From an uncultured Bacilli bacterium (GTDB lineage: Bacteria > Bacillota_I > Bacilli_A > RF39 > UBA660): a stretch of DNA of 64,000 nucleotides. Below are positions 44,335-53,771 of the stretch, one piece after another (the stretch's first letter is position 1; each line of letters starts with the position of its first letter). Position numbers and translations under genes: made by a program. The notes under the pieces are model-generated. The model did not search any database and was not told the DNA's origin. It worked only from the letters and a program-made list of their open reading frames with translations. The stretch covers positions 677 through 64,676 of the forward strand of contig CAKOPW010000009.1 in the NCBI GenBank assembly GCA_934101115.1. Reading direction: 5' to 3'.

Positions 44335-46515
44335 ATGAAATATACGAACAATACAATTAAAATCAATTTTGTTTTTATAATTTGTATTGTTCTTTTATTT
44401 GTGCTTTTTTTTGCTAAGCTTGCTTATGTTGCAACCAATGATACAGTGGAAGGTTCTAATTTAAAAGAGATTGCTGAAGCTAGAAGTACAACAACTAAAA
44501 CTCTTTATGCAACACGTGGTAATATTTATGATAATGCTAATAATCTTTTAGCTCAAAATGTTAATTCATATACTTTAATAGCTTATCTTTCTTCTAGCAG
44601 AACTACTGATGAAAGATATCCTAAGCATGTTGTTGATAAAGAAACTACGGCAAGAAAGCTTGCAGAAGTGCTTGAACCTATTAATAAGACAATGACCTAT
44701 GAATATATTTATAAAAGATTGAATGTAGAAAATAAGTATCAAGTTGAATTTGGAGCTGGTGGTAAAAATCTAAGCGAACTTGATAAACAAAAGATAGAAG
44801 AGCTTGATCTTCCAGGAATAGCGTTTGTTAAATCATCTAAAAGATATTATCAAAATGGAGATTTTGCTTCATATTTAATTGGTTATGCTAAAAAGAATGA
44901 AGAAACTGATGAGATAACAGGTGAACTTGGTATTGAAAAGTTTTGTGATAGATATTTAAAAGGAAAAGACGGAAGTATTACATACCAACATGATGCTTAT
45001 GGTTATCAAATGGCTGATAAAGTAAGTCAAAATACACCGGCTGAAGATGGATATGATGTTTATCTTACATTGGATAAACAAGTTCAAATATTCCTTGATA
45101 ATGCTGTAACTGAATTTAATGAATATAATCCTTCTTGGGTAACTATAACGGTGGCTGATGCTAAAACGGGTGCAATAATCGGCTCTTCTACTTCTCCAAG
45201 TTTTAATCCAAATAAGCTTGATTTACAAAATTATAATGATCCACTTATTTCATACACTTATGAACCTGGTAGTACAATGAAGATATTTTCGTTTGCTTCA
45301 GCTATTGAAGAAGGTTTATATAAAGGAGACGAATTATATAGATCAGGTACGGTTGAAGTAGCTGATTATAAGATAAAGGATTGGAATAAAGTAGGTTGGG
45401 GAAATATTACATATGATGTAGGATTCACGTATTCTTCTAATGTTGCAGCCGTTAACCTATCAAAAAGATTAAAAAAGCAAGGTTTAACTAAATATTATAC
45501 TAATCTAGGATTTGGAGAAAAAACGGGAATTGAACTTGCTAATGAATATAAAGGAGATATTAATTTTGAGTACGAAACAGAAGTTGCTTCAGCTTCATAT
45601 GGACAAGGTATAACGGTTACTCCGATTCAAATGATTCAAGCACTTACAACATTAACAAATGATGGAACAGTTATGAAACCATATATAATTGAAAAGATTG
45701 TTGATCCAAATAAGAATGAAGTGGTTTACCAAGGTGGTAAAAAGGAACTTAATAAAGTGTATTCAACTTCAACGATAAATAAAATTAAAGAACTTATGGA
45801 TTTAACAGTTAATGGATCTGATACTGGGGCAACTGGACGTGTATACCATACAGATTCAGTTAGACTTATTGGTAAAACAGGTACAGCTAACTATACGAAT
45901 GGAGCTGGTAGTTATATTGTTGGTAACTATAATGTAATTAGATCTTTTGCTGGAATATTTCCAAAGGATGATCCAGAATATATTTTGTATGTTGCTGTAA
46001 AAGATTTCCATGGAACTAGCAAAAATATGGGAACAATTGTTAAAAAAATGGTTGAAAGCGTTGCTAAATATAAAAATCTTGATACAAGAGTTAGTGATAA
46101 AGACTCTAGCAAAATTGTAGATATAGATTCATATGTTAATAAAACTGTAACTGCTGCTACATCTTCTTTACAAAGTAAAGGAATAAATCCTTTAGTTATT
46201 GGTGATGGTACTAGAGTAATAAAACAATATCCTGAAGCTGGTGTAAAAACAAGTCAAAGTTCAAAAGTTTTCTTACTAACAAATAGTAAAAATATAACAA
46301 TGCCAGATATAACTGGTTGGAGTGAAAGTGAAGTTATCAATTTCTGTAATTTAATCGGTCTTAAATATAATTTTAACAATTACGGATATGTAGAAACTTA
46401 TAGTATTCCAGCAGGAACATCGTTGGATATTGAAAATTCTACACTTGAAGTTAATTTTCAAAATATAAATCCAAATACATATTCCAAAAAGAAAGAAGAA
46501 GAAAAAAATGAATAA
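44335..46515 (+). CDS. penicillin-binding protein 2B / SpoVD-type transpeptidase with two PASTA domains
   Basis: N-terminal TM and a dimerisation domain. GSTMKIF (SxxK), YSSNVA (SxN), GKTGTA (KTG), and two C-terminal PASTA-like repeats. Confidence 0.88.
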   Translation: MKYTNNTIKINFVFIICIVLLFVLFFAKLAYVATNDTVEGSNLKEIAEARSTTTKTLYATRGNIYDNANNLLAQNVNSYTLIAYLSSSRTTDERYPKHVVDKETTARKLAEVLEPINKTMTYEYIYKRLNVENKYQVEFGAGGKNLSELDKQKIEELDLPGIAFVKSSKRYYQNGDFASYLIGYAKKNEETDEITGELGIEKFCDRYLKGKDGSITYQHDAYGYQMADKVSQNTPAEDGYDVYLTLDKQVQIFLDNAVTEFNEYNPSWVTITVADAKTGAIIGSSTSPSFNPNKLDLQNYNDPLISYTYEPGSTMKIFSFASAIEEGLYKGDELYRSGTVEVADYKIKDWNKVGWGNITYDVGFTYSSNVAAVNLSKRLKKQGLTKYYTNLGFGEKTGIELANEYKGDINFEYETEVASASYGQGITVTPIQMIQALTTLTNDGTVMKPYIIEKIVDPNKNEVVYQGGKKELNKVYSTSTINKIKELMDLTVNGSDTGATGRVYHTDSVRLIGKTGTANYTNGAGSYIVGNYNVIRSFAGIFPKDDPEYILYVAVKDFHGTSKNMGTIVKKMVESVAKYKNLDTRVSDKDSSKIVDIDSYVNKTVTAATSSLQSKGINPLVIGDGTRVIKQYPEAGVKTSQSSKVFLLTNSKNITMPDITGWSESEVINFCNLIGLKYNFNNYGYVETYSIPAGTSLDIENSTLEVNFQNINPNTYSKKKEEEKNE

Positions 46516-47026
46516 AGTAAAAGAATTTTTTAATAGCCCTAGACCTATAATAATAACTTTAATAGTTTTGCTTGCTATAAGTGTTTTAGTTATATATAAA
46601 TTAAGTACATCTAGTAAAATCTATATATCTTCTATTAATGACGATGAAGTAAGTATTTCAACTATTCATGCTTTTATCAATAATGACATGCATATGTTTT
46701 ATTCAACTCCAGCCACTTATAATAAGGATGATTATAAAATATATGGAATTACTGCTGGATATTATGTTAAAACAGGAAATGAATATATGGAATTTTTAAC
46801 TCAAAGTGATGAATTTGATTCAGCTGAGTCTTTGTCTAAAACTTTAGAGTTCTATAGTGCCTTTAATTATATTGAAAGCAATAATAAACATGAAAAATTT
46901 AGTAAAACGGTAAAGAAAAATTTTGAAGATAATCTATATTTTGTGGTTAAAGTAAAAAAGGATAAAAATAGCAGTTTAGAAACTATTTATGAGAAAAAAA
47001 TAGAGATGAAGAAACTAACTAAATAA
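46508..47026 (+). CDS. hypothetical membrane-anchored protein
   Basis: Overlaps the PBP stop by 8 nt. Single N-terminal TM helix. No family recognised. Confidence 0.45.
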   Translation: MNKVKEFFNSPRPIIITLIVLLAISVLVIYKLSTSSKIYISSINDDEVSISTIHAFINNDMHMFYSTPATYNKDDYKIYGITAGYYVKTGNEYMEFLTQSDEFDSAESLSKTLEFYSAFNYIESNNKHEKFSKTVKKNFEDNLYFVVKVKKDKNSSLETIYEKKIEMKKLTK

Positions 47027-47105
47027 GAATTGTTTTTTTTAATAAATATGGTGCTTGTTAGCACTTTTTCTTTGTGTTATTATAATTATCCAAGGAGATG
47101 AATGT

Positions 47106-47648
47106 ATGAAAATTGTCAGAAATGGCACAGTTTATATGCAAGTAAGAGACTTTAAAAAACTATTAGAGGTAAAAGTTGATGAAGCATTGACTAATGAAAT
47201 TTTTGCTATTTTACTTAAAGAAGCAAGCAAAGGTACTGGTTTTTTTGTTATGAGCAGTAGTAATGCGAATGATTTTTTGGAATTTAGAAACCAAAAATCA
47301 GTTGAATACTTAACGAAGCTTGATGATATAGCTGATTATGATGAAATAAAAGATTTAAGCTGTGAAGAAATGGATGCTTTAAGAGTTTGTATTATTAATG
47401 AAAAAAATGAGATAGCTTCTAAAATAAATTTAATGTCTGCAGAAGAACAAAATGAACATCCAGAGCTATTTAAAAGATATAATGCACTTTCTTTGAAATT
47501 TCTTTCGCTTAATGATGTTTATTGGTTTAAACGTGGAAAATCTAAATTAGTGCTTCCGGATGGAGTAGAAGAGTTGAAACCAATTTCATTTGGCAGTGAA
47601 CTTAAGTTACGTATTAAAAATGCTTTTAGTAGAAAAAGTGGCAAATAA
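47106..47648 (+). CDS. hypothetical protein
   Basis: ATG 47106 lies behind aaggagat. 180 aa, soluble. No family recognised. Confidence 0.45.
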   Translation: MKIVRNGTVYMQVRDFKKLLEVKVDEALTNEIFAILLKEASKGTGFFVMSSSNANDFLEFRNQKSVEYLTKLDDIADYDEIKDLSCEEMDALRVCIINEKNEIASKINLMSAEEQNEHPELFKRYNALSLKFLSLNDVYWFKRGKSKLVLPDGVEELKPISFGSELKLRIKNAFSRKSGK

Positions 47649-47675
47649 AAAAAACGACCTTAGAAGTCGTTTTAA
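47647..47675. terminator. bidirectional hairpin terminator
   Basis: Stem aaacgac (47652-47658) pairs with gtcgttt (47666-47672), flanked by an A-run and a T-run. It lies between the convergent CDS and tRNA-Glu. Confidence 0.6.
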
Positions 47676-47683
47676 TTTTACAT

Positions 47684-47760
47684 TGGTGACCCGTACGGGA
47701 TTTGAACCCATGAATGCATGCGTGAAAGGCATGTGTGTTAAACCACTTCACCAACGGGCC
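47684..47760 (-). tRNA. tRNA-Glu (TTC)
   Basis: The reverse complement reads GGCCCGTTGGTGAAGTGGTTTAACACACATGCCTTTCACGCATGCATTCATGGGTTCAAATCCCGTACGGGTCACCA. It has anticodon loop cTTTCAc and an encoded CCA. Confidence 0.9.
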
Positions 47761-47770
47761 GTGCAAATAG

Positions 47771-47800
47771 ATAATACTATAAATTATATATTGGTGTCAA
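47771..47800 (-). promoter_or_regulatory. putative sigma-A promoter for tRNA-Glu
   Basis: On the minus strand: TTGACA (47800-47795), 18 nt spacer, TATTAT (47776-47771), about 10 nt upstream of the tRNA 5' end. Confidence 0.45.
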
Positions 47801-47873
47801 GTAAAATATTTATTAAATTTAAAATATATAGTTTTTGATAAAAATGATATAATAAAAATATAGAGGTGTGAGT

Positions 47874-49340
47874 ATGAGTAGAGTTAAAAGAAAATTTATT
47901 AAAATTAATAATGTTTATATTGAAATTACTAGAATTGCTTTGGCTTTACTTATATTTGTAGTGAGTATGATTTTGTCTAAATCAATGTTCGAACCTAAAA
48001 AAGTATATTCTTTAATTTTAAATGGCAATACAAGCGTTGATGTATCAATAAAAGGAGATTATACTGATGCTGGGTTTGAGTTTTTAGAAAACAATAAAAA
48101 AGTAGATGTTGATGAATTGAAAGTCAATGTAAAAAATGATGTAGATACAACTAATTTAGGTCAATATGCTTATACTTATGAAATTACATATAATAATACA
48201 ACTTATACAGCAAAAAGAATTGTTAACGTTATTGATAATATTCCTCCAGTAATAAAAACGGATATGCAAGAAGTTGAGTTGTTTTCTTGTCAAAAAGACG
48301 GAAAATTGAATATTGAATTTTCTGCAGAAGACAATTATGATGGAGTAATAACTGATAAAGTCAAAGAAAAAATTGATGGTAATAAAGTTGTTCTTAGCGT
48401 TGTTGATTCTTCAGGCAATGAAACTACAAAAGAAATTCCAATTGTTGAAACAGAGGAACCAAGTCCTAAAATCACTTTAAATGGAAGAGAAATCGTATAT
48501 GTTAAACAAAATGAAACGTATACTGAAGAGGGTGCAGTTGCTTTTGATGCTTGTGAAAATAAAATAGATGATGAAGTTAAAATTGAAGGTAATGTGGATA
48601 CAACAACAGTTGGAACTTATGAAGTTAAGTATAGTGTTACCAGTGGTTCTAAAACGAGTGTAAAGACGCGTACGGTTATTGTGTATGATGGAATAATTAA
48701 TAATCCTATATCTCCAAATAGAGATAAAGTAGTTTATTTGACTTTTGATGATGGACCTGGAAGATATACGGAGGAACTTTTAGATATTTTAAAAAAATAT
48801 AATGTTAAGGCAACGTTTTTTGTAACTGATCAATTTAAGGCATATGTACCTTTAATAAAAAGAGAATATGAAGAAGGACATAGTGTAGGAGTTCATACCT
48901 TAACTCATAAGTGGAGTGTATATGATTCGGTAGAGACTTATATAAAAGATTTTAATGATATGAATAATATTGTAGAGCAATATACAGGTTCAAAAACCAG
49001 TTTATTTAGATTCCCTGGAGGTAGTTCTAATACGATAAGCAGAGGGCATTCTAAGGGTGTAGTATCGGCAATTGCTAACGAAATGACTAGAAGAGGATAT
49101 GTTTATTTTGATTGGAATGTCGACTCAAATGATGCTGCTGGTGCAAATTCTAGTCAAATATATAAAAATGTGACAACAGGAATAAGCAAAAGACATGAAT
49201 CAGTTGTTTTAATGCATGATATAAAAAGAAGTACGATCGATGTAATTGAAGATATTATTGTTTATGGTTTAAACAATGGCTATACATTTGACACTTTAAA
49301 TGTGTCATCTCCAACTGTACACCATCACATAAATAATTGA
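47874..49340 (+). CDS. polysaccharide deacetylase (NodB-homology) with an N-terminal TM anchor and Ig-like repeats
   Basis: C-terminal TFDDGP, GVHTLTHKW and FRFPGGS motifs. The repeated GDYTDAGF / YTEEGAVAFD segments resemble DUF5011-type Ig-like domains. Confidence 0.8.
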   Translation: MSRVKRKFIKINNVYIEITRIALALLIFVVSMILSKSMFEPKKVYSLILNGNTSVDVSIKGDYTDAGFEFLENNKKVDVDELKVNVKNDVDTTNLGQYAYTYEITYNNTTYTAKRIVNVIDNIPPVIKTDMQEVELFSCQKDGKLNIEFSAEDNYDGVITDKVKEKIDGNKVVLSVVDSSGNETTKEIPIVETEEPSPKITLNGREIVYVKQNETYTEEGAVAFDACENKIDDEVKIEGNVDTTTVGTYEVKYSVTSGSKTSVKTRTVIVYDGIINNPISPNRDKVVYLTFDDGPGRYTEELLDILKKYNVKATFFVTDQFKAYVPLIKREYEEGHSVGVHTLTHKWSVYDSVETYIKDFNDMNNIVEQYTGSKTSLFRFPGGSSNTISRGHSKGVVSAIANEMTRRGYVYFDWNVDSNDAAGANSSQIYKNVTTGISKRHESVVLMHDIKRSTIDVIEDIIVYGLNNGYTFDTLNVSSPTVHHHINN

Positions 49341-49385
49341 TTTTGCAGCTTATTTAATTTATAATTAAACTATGAGGTGTTGTAA

Positions 49386-50369
49386 ATGGATAGTAAAAAA
49401 GACGTAAACAATAAACAAAAATCTTATTTAACAAAAAAAGAAAAAGAAAATATTAGAAAAGGTGTACTTGAAGAAATAAATGATGAGGTTCGTTCTAGTT
49501 TATGTGAAAATGTATTAAACGATGTAAATGAACGTATCAATGATGAATATAAAGAAAATTTAAAAGAAACTATTTCTAATGAAATCATAAGTGATATTAA
49601 AGAAAGCATCAAAGAAGATGAGAAAAAAATGTCTCGTCGTAAAAGTTTTAAAATTGTTAGATTATATATTTATATCTTATTACTAATGGCAGGCTCTGTT
49701 TTCTTGATTTATAAATTATATGTTACAGGTAATTTAGATGTTGTTAAAGATATAAAAATTTCTACAACTACAACGACTACAACTACAGCGTTAGTAAAAG
49801 ATCTAAAATGGTATATGAATAAATATGGAAATATTTTGGATAATATAAAATTTGACAATGTAGCTTTGCTAAAAGGAAATTTTGATGTAAGTAAAATTGA
49901 TATAAAAGATAAACTTGCTATTGCATATAATAATTTATCAAGTGAATCTATTTCTAAGGATGGAATAATTTATTCTGTTAAAGAAGAAGATTTAAAAAAT
50001 TCTTATATAAGTATATTTGGAAGCGAAGAAGGATATTCATCTAGTTCATTCCAAATAGGTGGGGTAGCTTTTGCTTATTCTTTATCCAATGCAACATATA
50101 TGGCAATTGCAAATAAGGATATTGTTAGTGATAGTATTTTAACAGAAATTACTAGCATCAAAGAAGAAAATGACGAACTTGTTGTAGAATGCATAACAGG
50201 ATTAGTAAAAGATAATAAACTCTATAATATAAATAATCAAGAAGTTGCTTTAAAGGATTATAGTAGCGGTGAATCATTAAAGTCTTCCGAGAGTAACTTA
50301 TCAAAAAATAAATTTACATTTAAACTTATTAATGATAAATATTATATAAGTTCAATTTCAGTTATTTAA
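49386..50369 (+). CDS. hypothetical bitopic membrane protein
   Basis: Acidic/basic N-terminal region, one TM helix, a Thr7 linker, and an extracytoplasmic domain of unknown family. Confidence 0.5.
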   Translation: MDSKKDVNNKQKSYLTKKEKENIRKGVLEEINDEVRSSLCENVLNDVNERINDEYKENLKETISNEIISDIKESIKEDEKKMSRRKSFKIVRLYIYILLLMAGSVFLIYKLYVTGNLDVVKDIKISTTTTTTTTALVKDLKWYMNKYGNILDNIKFDNVALLKGNFDVSKIDIKDKLAIAYNNLSSESISKDGIIYSVKEEDLKNSYISIFGSEEGYSSSSFQIGGVAFAYSLSNATYMAIANKDIVSDSILTEITSIKEENDELVVECITGLVKDNKLYNINNQEVALKDYSSGESLKSSESNLSKNKFTFKLINDKYYISSISVI

Positions 50370-50451
50370 ATATGCTTTTTTGCATATTTTTTTTGTTTTA
50401 CAAGAAAATCATGAATTTATCGGTAAAGATATTTATAGGAGGGATAAATTT

Positions 50452-50862
50452 ATGAATTATGAAAATTATATACATAACTTGTTTGTTGATAATGAAATAT
50501 TTCAATATTCAATTAGTGAAATAGAGAATCAACATGAAATAAGTTTTTATATTCGCTTTGGAAGTGTTCTTTATAATTTGAATCACGATTATGGATCAAC
50601 TGGTTTAAGAAAAATGGTTGATTATATTAACTCGGAAATAAAACAGGATATTTCGTTAAAAGAAGTAAAACAAGTTATTAAATTCTTTAAACTTATATGT
50701 CGTGGAATGATTATAAGTTATAAGTTGACGTTTGATCATTATAAATGTTTATTAAAATATGATGATGTTGTTTTTATCAATAGCTGTATTGAAATTATCA
50801 ATAGAAATCCGATGAATATAGAACGTTTTGAAGAGATTATAAATGGAAAAAGAAGTAATTAA
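50452..50862 (+). CDS. hypothetical protein (136 aa)
   Basis: ATG 50452 lies behind taggaggga. No family recognised. Confidence 0.4.
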   Translation: MNYENYIHNLFVDNEIFQYSISEIENQHEISFYIRFGSVLYNLNHDYGSTGLRKMVDYINSEIKQDISLKEVKQVIKFFKLICRGMIISYKLTFDHYKCLLKYDDVVFINSCIEIINRNPMNIERFEEIINGKRSN

Positions 50863-50936
50863 TGCTTTACAGTTAATAATTGTAAATTATTATTAATTAT
50901 TTTTTTCTTATGTTATAATGATTATATGGTGATGGT

Positions 50937-51638
50937 ATGGAATTCATAGAACTAAAAAATGTCTATAAAGTATATAAAAATGGTGTAACAGCATTAGCAG
51001 ATGTAAGTTTGACGATAAGTGCTGGTGAGTTTGTATTCATTATTGGTGAATCTGGATCAGGAAAATCAACGCTTACAAAACTTTTATACAGAGAGGAAAA
51101 ACCAAACAAGGGAAGTGTTTTTGTTGGTGGAATTAATGTTTCTAGTTTAAGAAATAGTAATGTTTACAAACTAAGAAGAAAAATAGGAGTAGTATTTCAA
51201 GACTTTAAATTATTACCTAAGTTAACTGTTTATGAAAACATAGCTTATCCACTAGAAAGCTATGGTGTTGATAAGAATGAAATAAAAGAAAAGGTTTTGA
51301 AAGCTGTTGAAAGAGTTGGACTTAAAAATAAACTTAGAAGTTATCCAAATCAATTATCAGGAGGAGAACAACAAAGAGTTTGTATTGCTAGAGCAATTGT
51401 AAATGAACCAAAACTTATTATATGTGATGAACCAACAGGAGATTTGGATCCTAAAATGAGTAAAGAAATAATGGACGTTATTAATAATATAAATAAAGAT
51501 TTGGGTTCAACAATTATTATGGCTACACATGATAAAGAAATTGTTAATAGAATGAAAAAAAGAGTCATTGCTATTCATAATGGTGTAGTTGTGTCTGATA
51601 AAAAGAAGGGAAGTTATATAGAAGATGAGACTGTTTAG
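50937..51638 (+). CDS. ftsE: cell division ATP-binding protein FtsE
   Basis: Walker A GESGSGKST, LSGGEQQRV, Walker B IICDEPTGDLD. Followed by ftsX. Confidence 0.9.
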   Translation: MEFIELKNVYKVYKNGVTALADVSLTISAGEFVFIIGESGSGKSTLTKLLYREEKPNKGSVFVGGINVSSLRNSNVYKLRRKIGVVFQDFKLLPKLTVYENIAYPLESYGVDKNEIKEKVLKAVERVGLKNKLRSYPNQLSGGEQQRVCIARAIVNEPKLIICDEPTGDLDPKMSKEIMDVINNINKDLGSTIIMATHDKEIVNRMKKRVIAIHNGVVVSDKKKGSYIEDETV

Positions 51639-52521
51639 AATTTTAGGAAAAAGTATCAGTAATGCTTTTAAAAGCATTGTTCGTAATTTCTCACTTAGTT
51701 TGGCTTCTATATCTTGTACAGCAATTACTTTGATATTAGTATCAATTGCTTTACTAGCAACTTATAATGTTAATTCGATGACTAAAAATATTGAAGGTTC
51801 AATGACTATTGTTACTTTTATAGATGAAAATGCCACTGATGAAGAAATAGAAAATGTAAAAAACAGCATTTTGAGTATAGAAAATGTTGATAAAGATAAA
51901 ACTGTCTTCCGTAGTAAAGATGAAATAAAAAATGAGTTATTAAAGGATGATCAAATAAAAGAAACGTTGTCTGCTTTTGATGAAAATCCTTTGCTTTCAA
52001 CTATGGTTGTTAATGTAAAAAATATAAGAAAAATTACATCAACAGCTAATGAAATAAAAAATATCGATAAAGTAAAATATGTAAAGTATGGTGAAACAAT
52101 AGTAAATGAAGTTTTAAATGCTTTTGATTTTGCTAGATATGCTTGTATTGCTGCGGTTATAGCTTTAGTGTTGGTAACAATATTCTTAAATGAAAATACC
52201 ATTAAAATCACAATTTTCTCAAGAAAAAATGAGATTGGTATAATGAGATTGGTTGGTACAAGCAATACCGTAATTAAATTACCATTTATATTTGAAGGAT
52301 TTATTCTTGGACTTATTGGAGCTATCTTACCAATTGTACTTACAATATTTGGATATACTTACTTTTATGATGTGTTAGGCGGAAAAATATATACTGACTT
52401 ATTAATGCTTGTAAAACCAGCTGATATTGTTTATGTATCTAGCTTTGTTTTAGCTATCATTGGCTCTTTAGTTGGTGTATTTGGATCAATCAAAGCGGTA
52501 AGGAGATATTTAAAAATATGA
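51625..52521 (+). CDS. ftsX: cell division permease FtsX
   Basis: TM1, a large extracellular loop, then three C-terminal TM helices (FtsX fold), including EIGIMRLVG. Overlaps ftsE by 14 nt. Confidence 0.85.
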   Translation: MRLFRILGKSISNAFKSIVRNFSLSLASISCTAITLILVSIALLATYNVNSMTKNIEGSMTIVTFIDENATDEEIENVKNSILSIENVDKDKTVFRSKDEIKNELLKDDQIKETLSAFDENPLLSTMVVNVKNIRKITSTANEIKNIDKVKYVKYGETIVNEVLNAFDFARYACIAAVIALVLVTIFLNENTIKITIFSRKNEIGIMRLVGTSNTVIKLPFIFEGFILGLIGAILPIVLTIFGYTYFYDVLGGKIYTDLLMLVKPADIVYVSSFVLAIIGSLVGVFGSIKAVRRYLKI

Positions 52522-53717
52522 TGAAAAAAGTAGTTATTGTAATATGTGCAGCTTTACTTTTAGTTACAGGAACTAGTACATATGCAGCTAGTAAAGCGCG
52601 TACTTTAAGAGAACTTCGTGCAGAGCTTGCCTCGTGGAAAAAAGAACAAGCTAATAATGAATCCAAGAAAAATGCTACTAAAAATGAAATTAGTAGCGCT
52701 AAAGCTTCTGTTTCAAGTAAACAAACAGAGATATCCAACAATCAACAAAAAATAGCTGATTCGCTTGCAGAATCAGAACAGTTAGAAAAGGATATTGCAG
52801 ATGGTAAAACTGAACTTGAAAAAATAGTAAAAAATTATCAAGTTTCAAAAGGCGATAACGTATATTTAGAATATATATTTAAAGCCACAAGTTATGAAGA
52901 TTTAATTTATAGATATGCAGTTATGGAACAACTTATGGACTATCAAAAAAATAAGATTGATGAGTGGAAAGGTAAAATAGAATATAACACTCAATTAAAA
53001 ATTGATCTTGAAAATAGAGAAGTTGAATTAAATAACCAAATAGATAGTCTAGCTAACGATATAAAATCATTGAATAATAAGTTATCTGATTATTTGGATG
53101 TTACTATGGATATTAAAGATGAGATTTCATCAACTCAAGAGTTAATAAATTATTATGAGAAGATAGGTTGTAAAGAAGATGAAGATCTTGAAAAATGTGT
53201 AAGTGTAAAAGGCGATACAGGATTTTTAAGACCTTTAAATAGAGGAGTAACCACTTCATATTTTGGATATAGAACTCATCCAGTAACAGGTGTTAAAAAT
53301 AAGTTCCATTCAGGAATAGATATCGGTGGTAATAAGGAAGGAACCAATGTTTACAGTGTAGCTAATGGAATGGTTTCTAAAATTGTTAGAAAAGCAAGTT
53401 GTGGCGGAAATCAAGTGTATATTCAACACTTAATAAATGGAAAACAATATACTTCATGTTATATGCATCTTTTAACTATAAAAGTAAATGTTGGAGATAA
53501 AGTTACAAATCAAACTGTCGTTGGAACAGTTGGTGGAGGTTCGGGAACTCCATGGGATTCTTGTTCAACTGGTGCACACTTGCATTTTGGATTAGGAACT
53601 GGTTGGTATGGAACAACATATACATCATACTCTAAATGGGTTGCTAATCTTGTTGATCCAAAAAGCTATTTAAAATTTCCTGATTTAAAGAAATATTTCT
53701 ATACAAGAACGTTATAA
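52518..53717 (+). CDS. M23-family peptidoglycan hydrolase with an N-terminal coiled coil (PcsB/EnvC-like architecture)
   Basis: Signal peptide and about 200 aa of coiled coil. LytM motifs HSGIDIGG (HxxxD) and GAHLHFG (HxH). ATGA overlap with ftsX. Confidence 0.85.
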   Translation: MMKKVVIVICAALLLVTGTSTYAASKARTLRELRAELASWKKEQANNESKKNATKNEISSAKASVSSKQTEISNNQQKIADSLAESEQLEKDIADGKTELEKIVKNYQVSKGDNVYLEYIFKATSYEDLIYRYAVMEQLMDYQKNKIDEWKGKIEYNTQLKIDLENREVELNNQIDSLANDIKSLNNKLSDYLDVTMDIKDEISSTQELINYYEKIGCKEDEDLEKCVSVKGDTGFLRPLNRGVTTSYFGYRTHPVTGVKNKFHSGIDIGGNKEGTNVYSVANGMVSKIVRKASCGGNQVYIQHLINGKQYTSCYMHLLTIKVNVGDKVTNQTVVGTVGGGSGTPWDSCSTGAHLHFGLGTGWYGTTYTSYSKWVANLVDPKSYLKFPDLKKYFYTRTL

Positions 53718-53771
53718 GTATATTAGAATATATTTAAAGCATATTATTATTAGAACATAGGAGGCTTACAG

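Noticed and set aside
47590-47838. 82-aa + strand ORF from the supplied track.
   Set aside because: It runs straight through the bidirectional terminator and the antisense of tRNA-Glu (47684-47760). It has no RBS and is explained by the tRNA.
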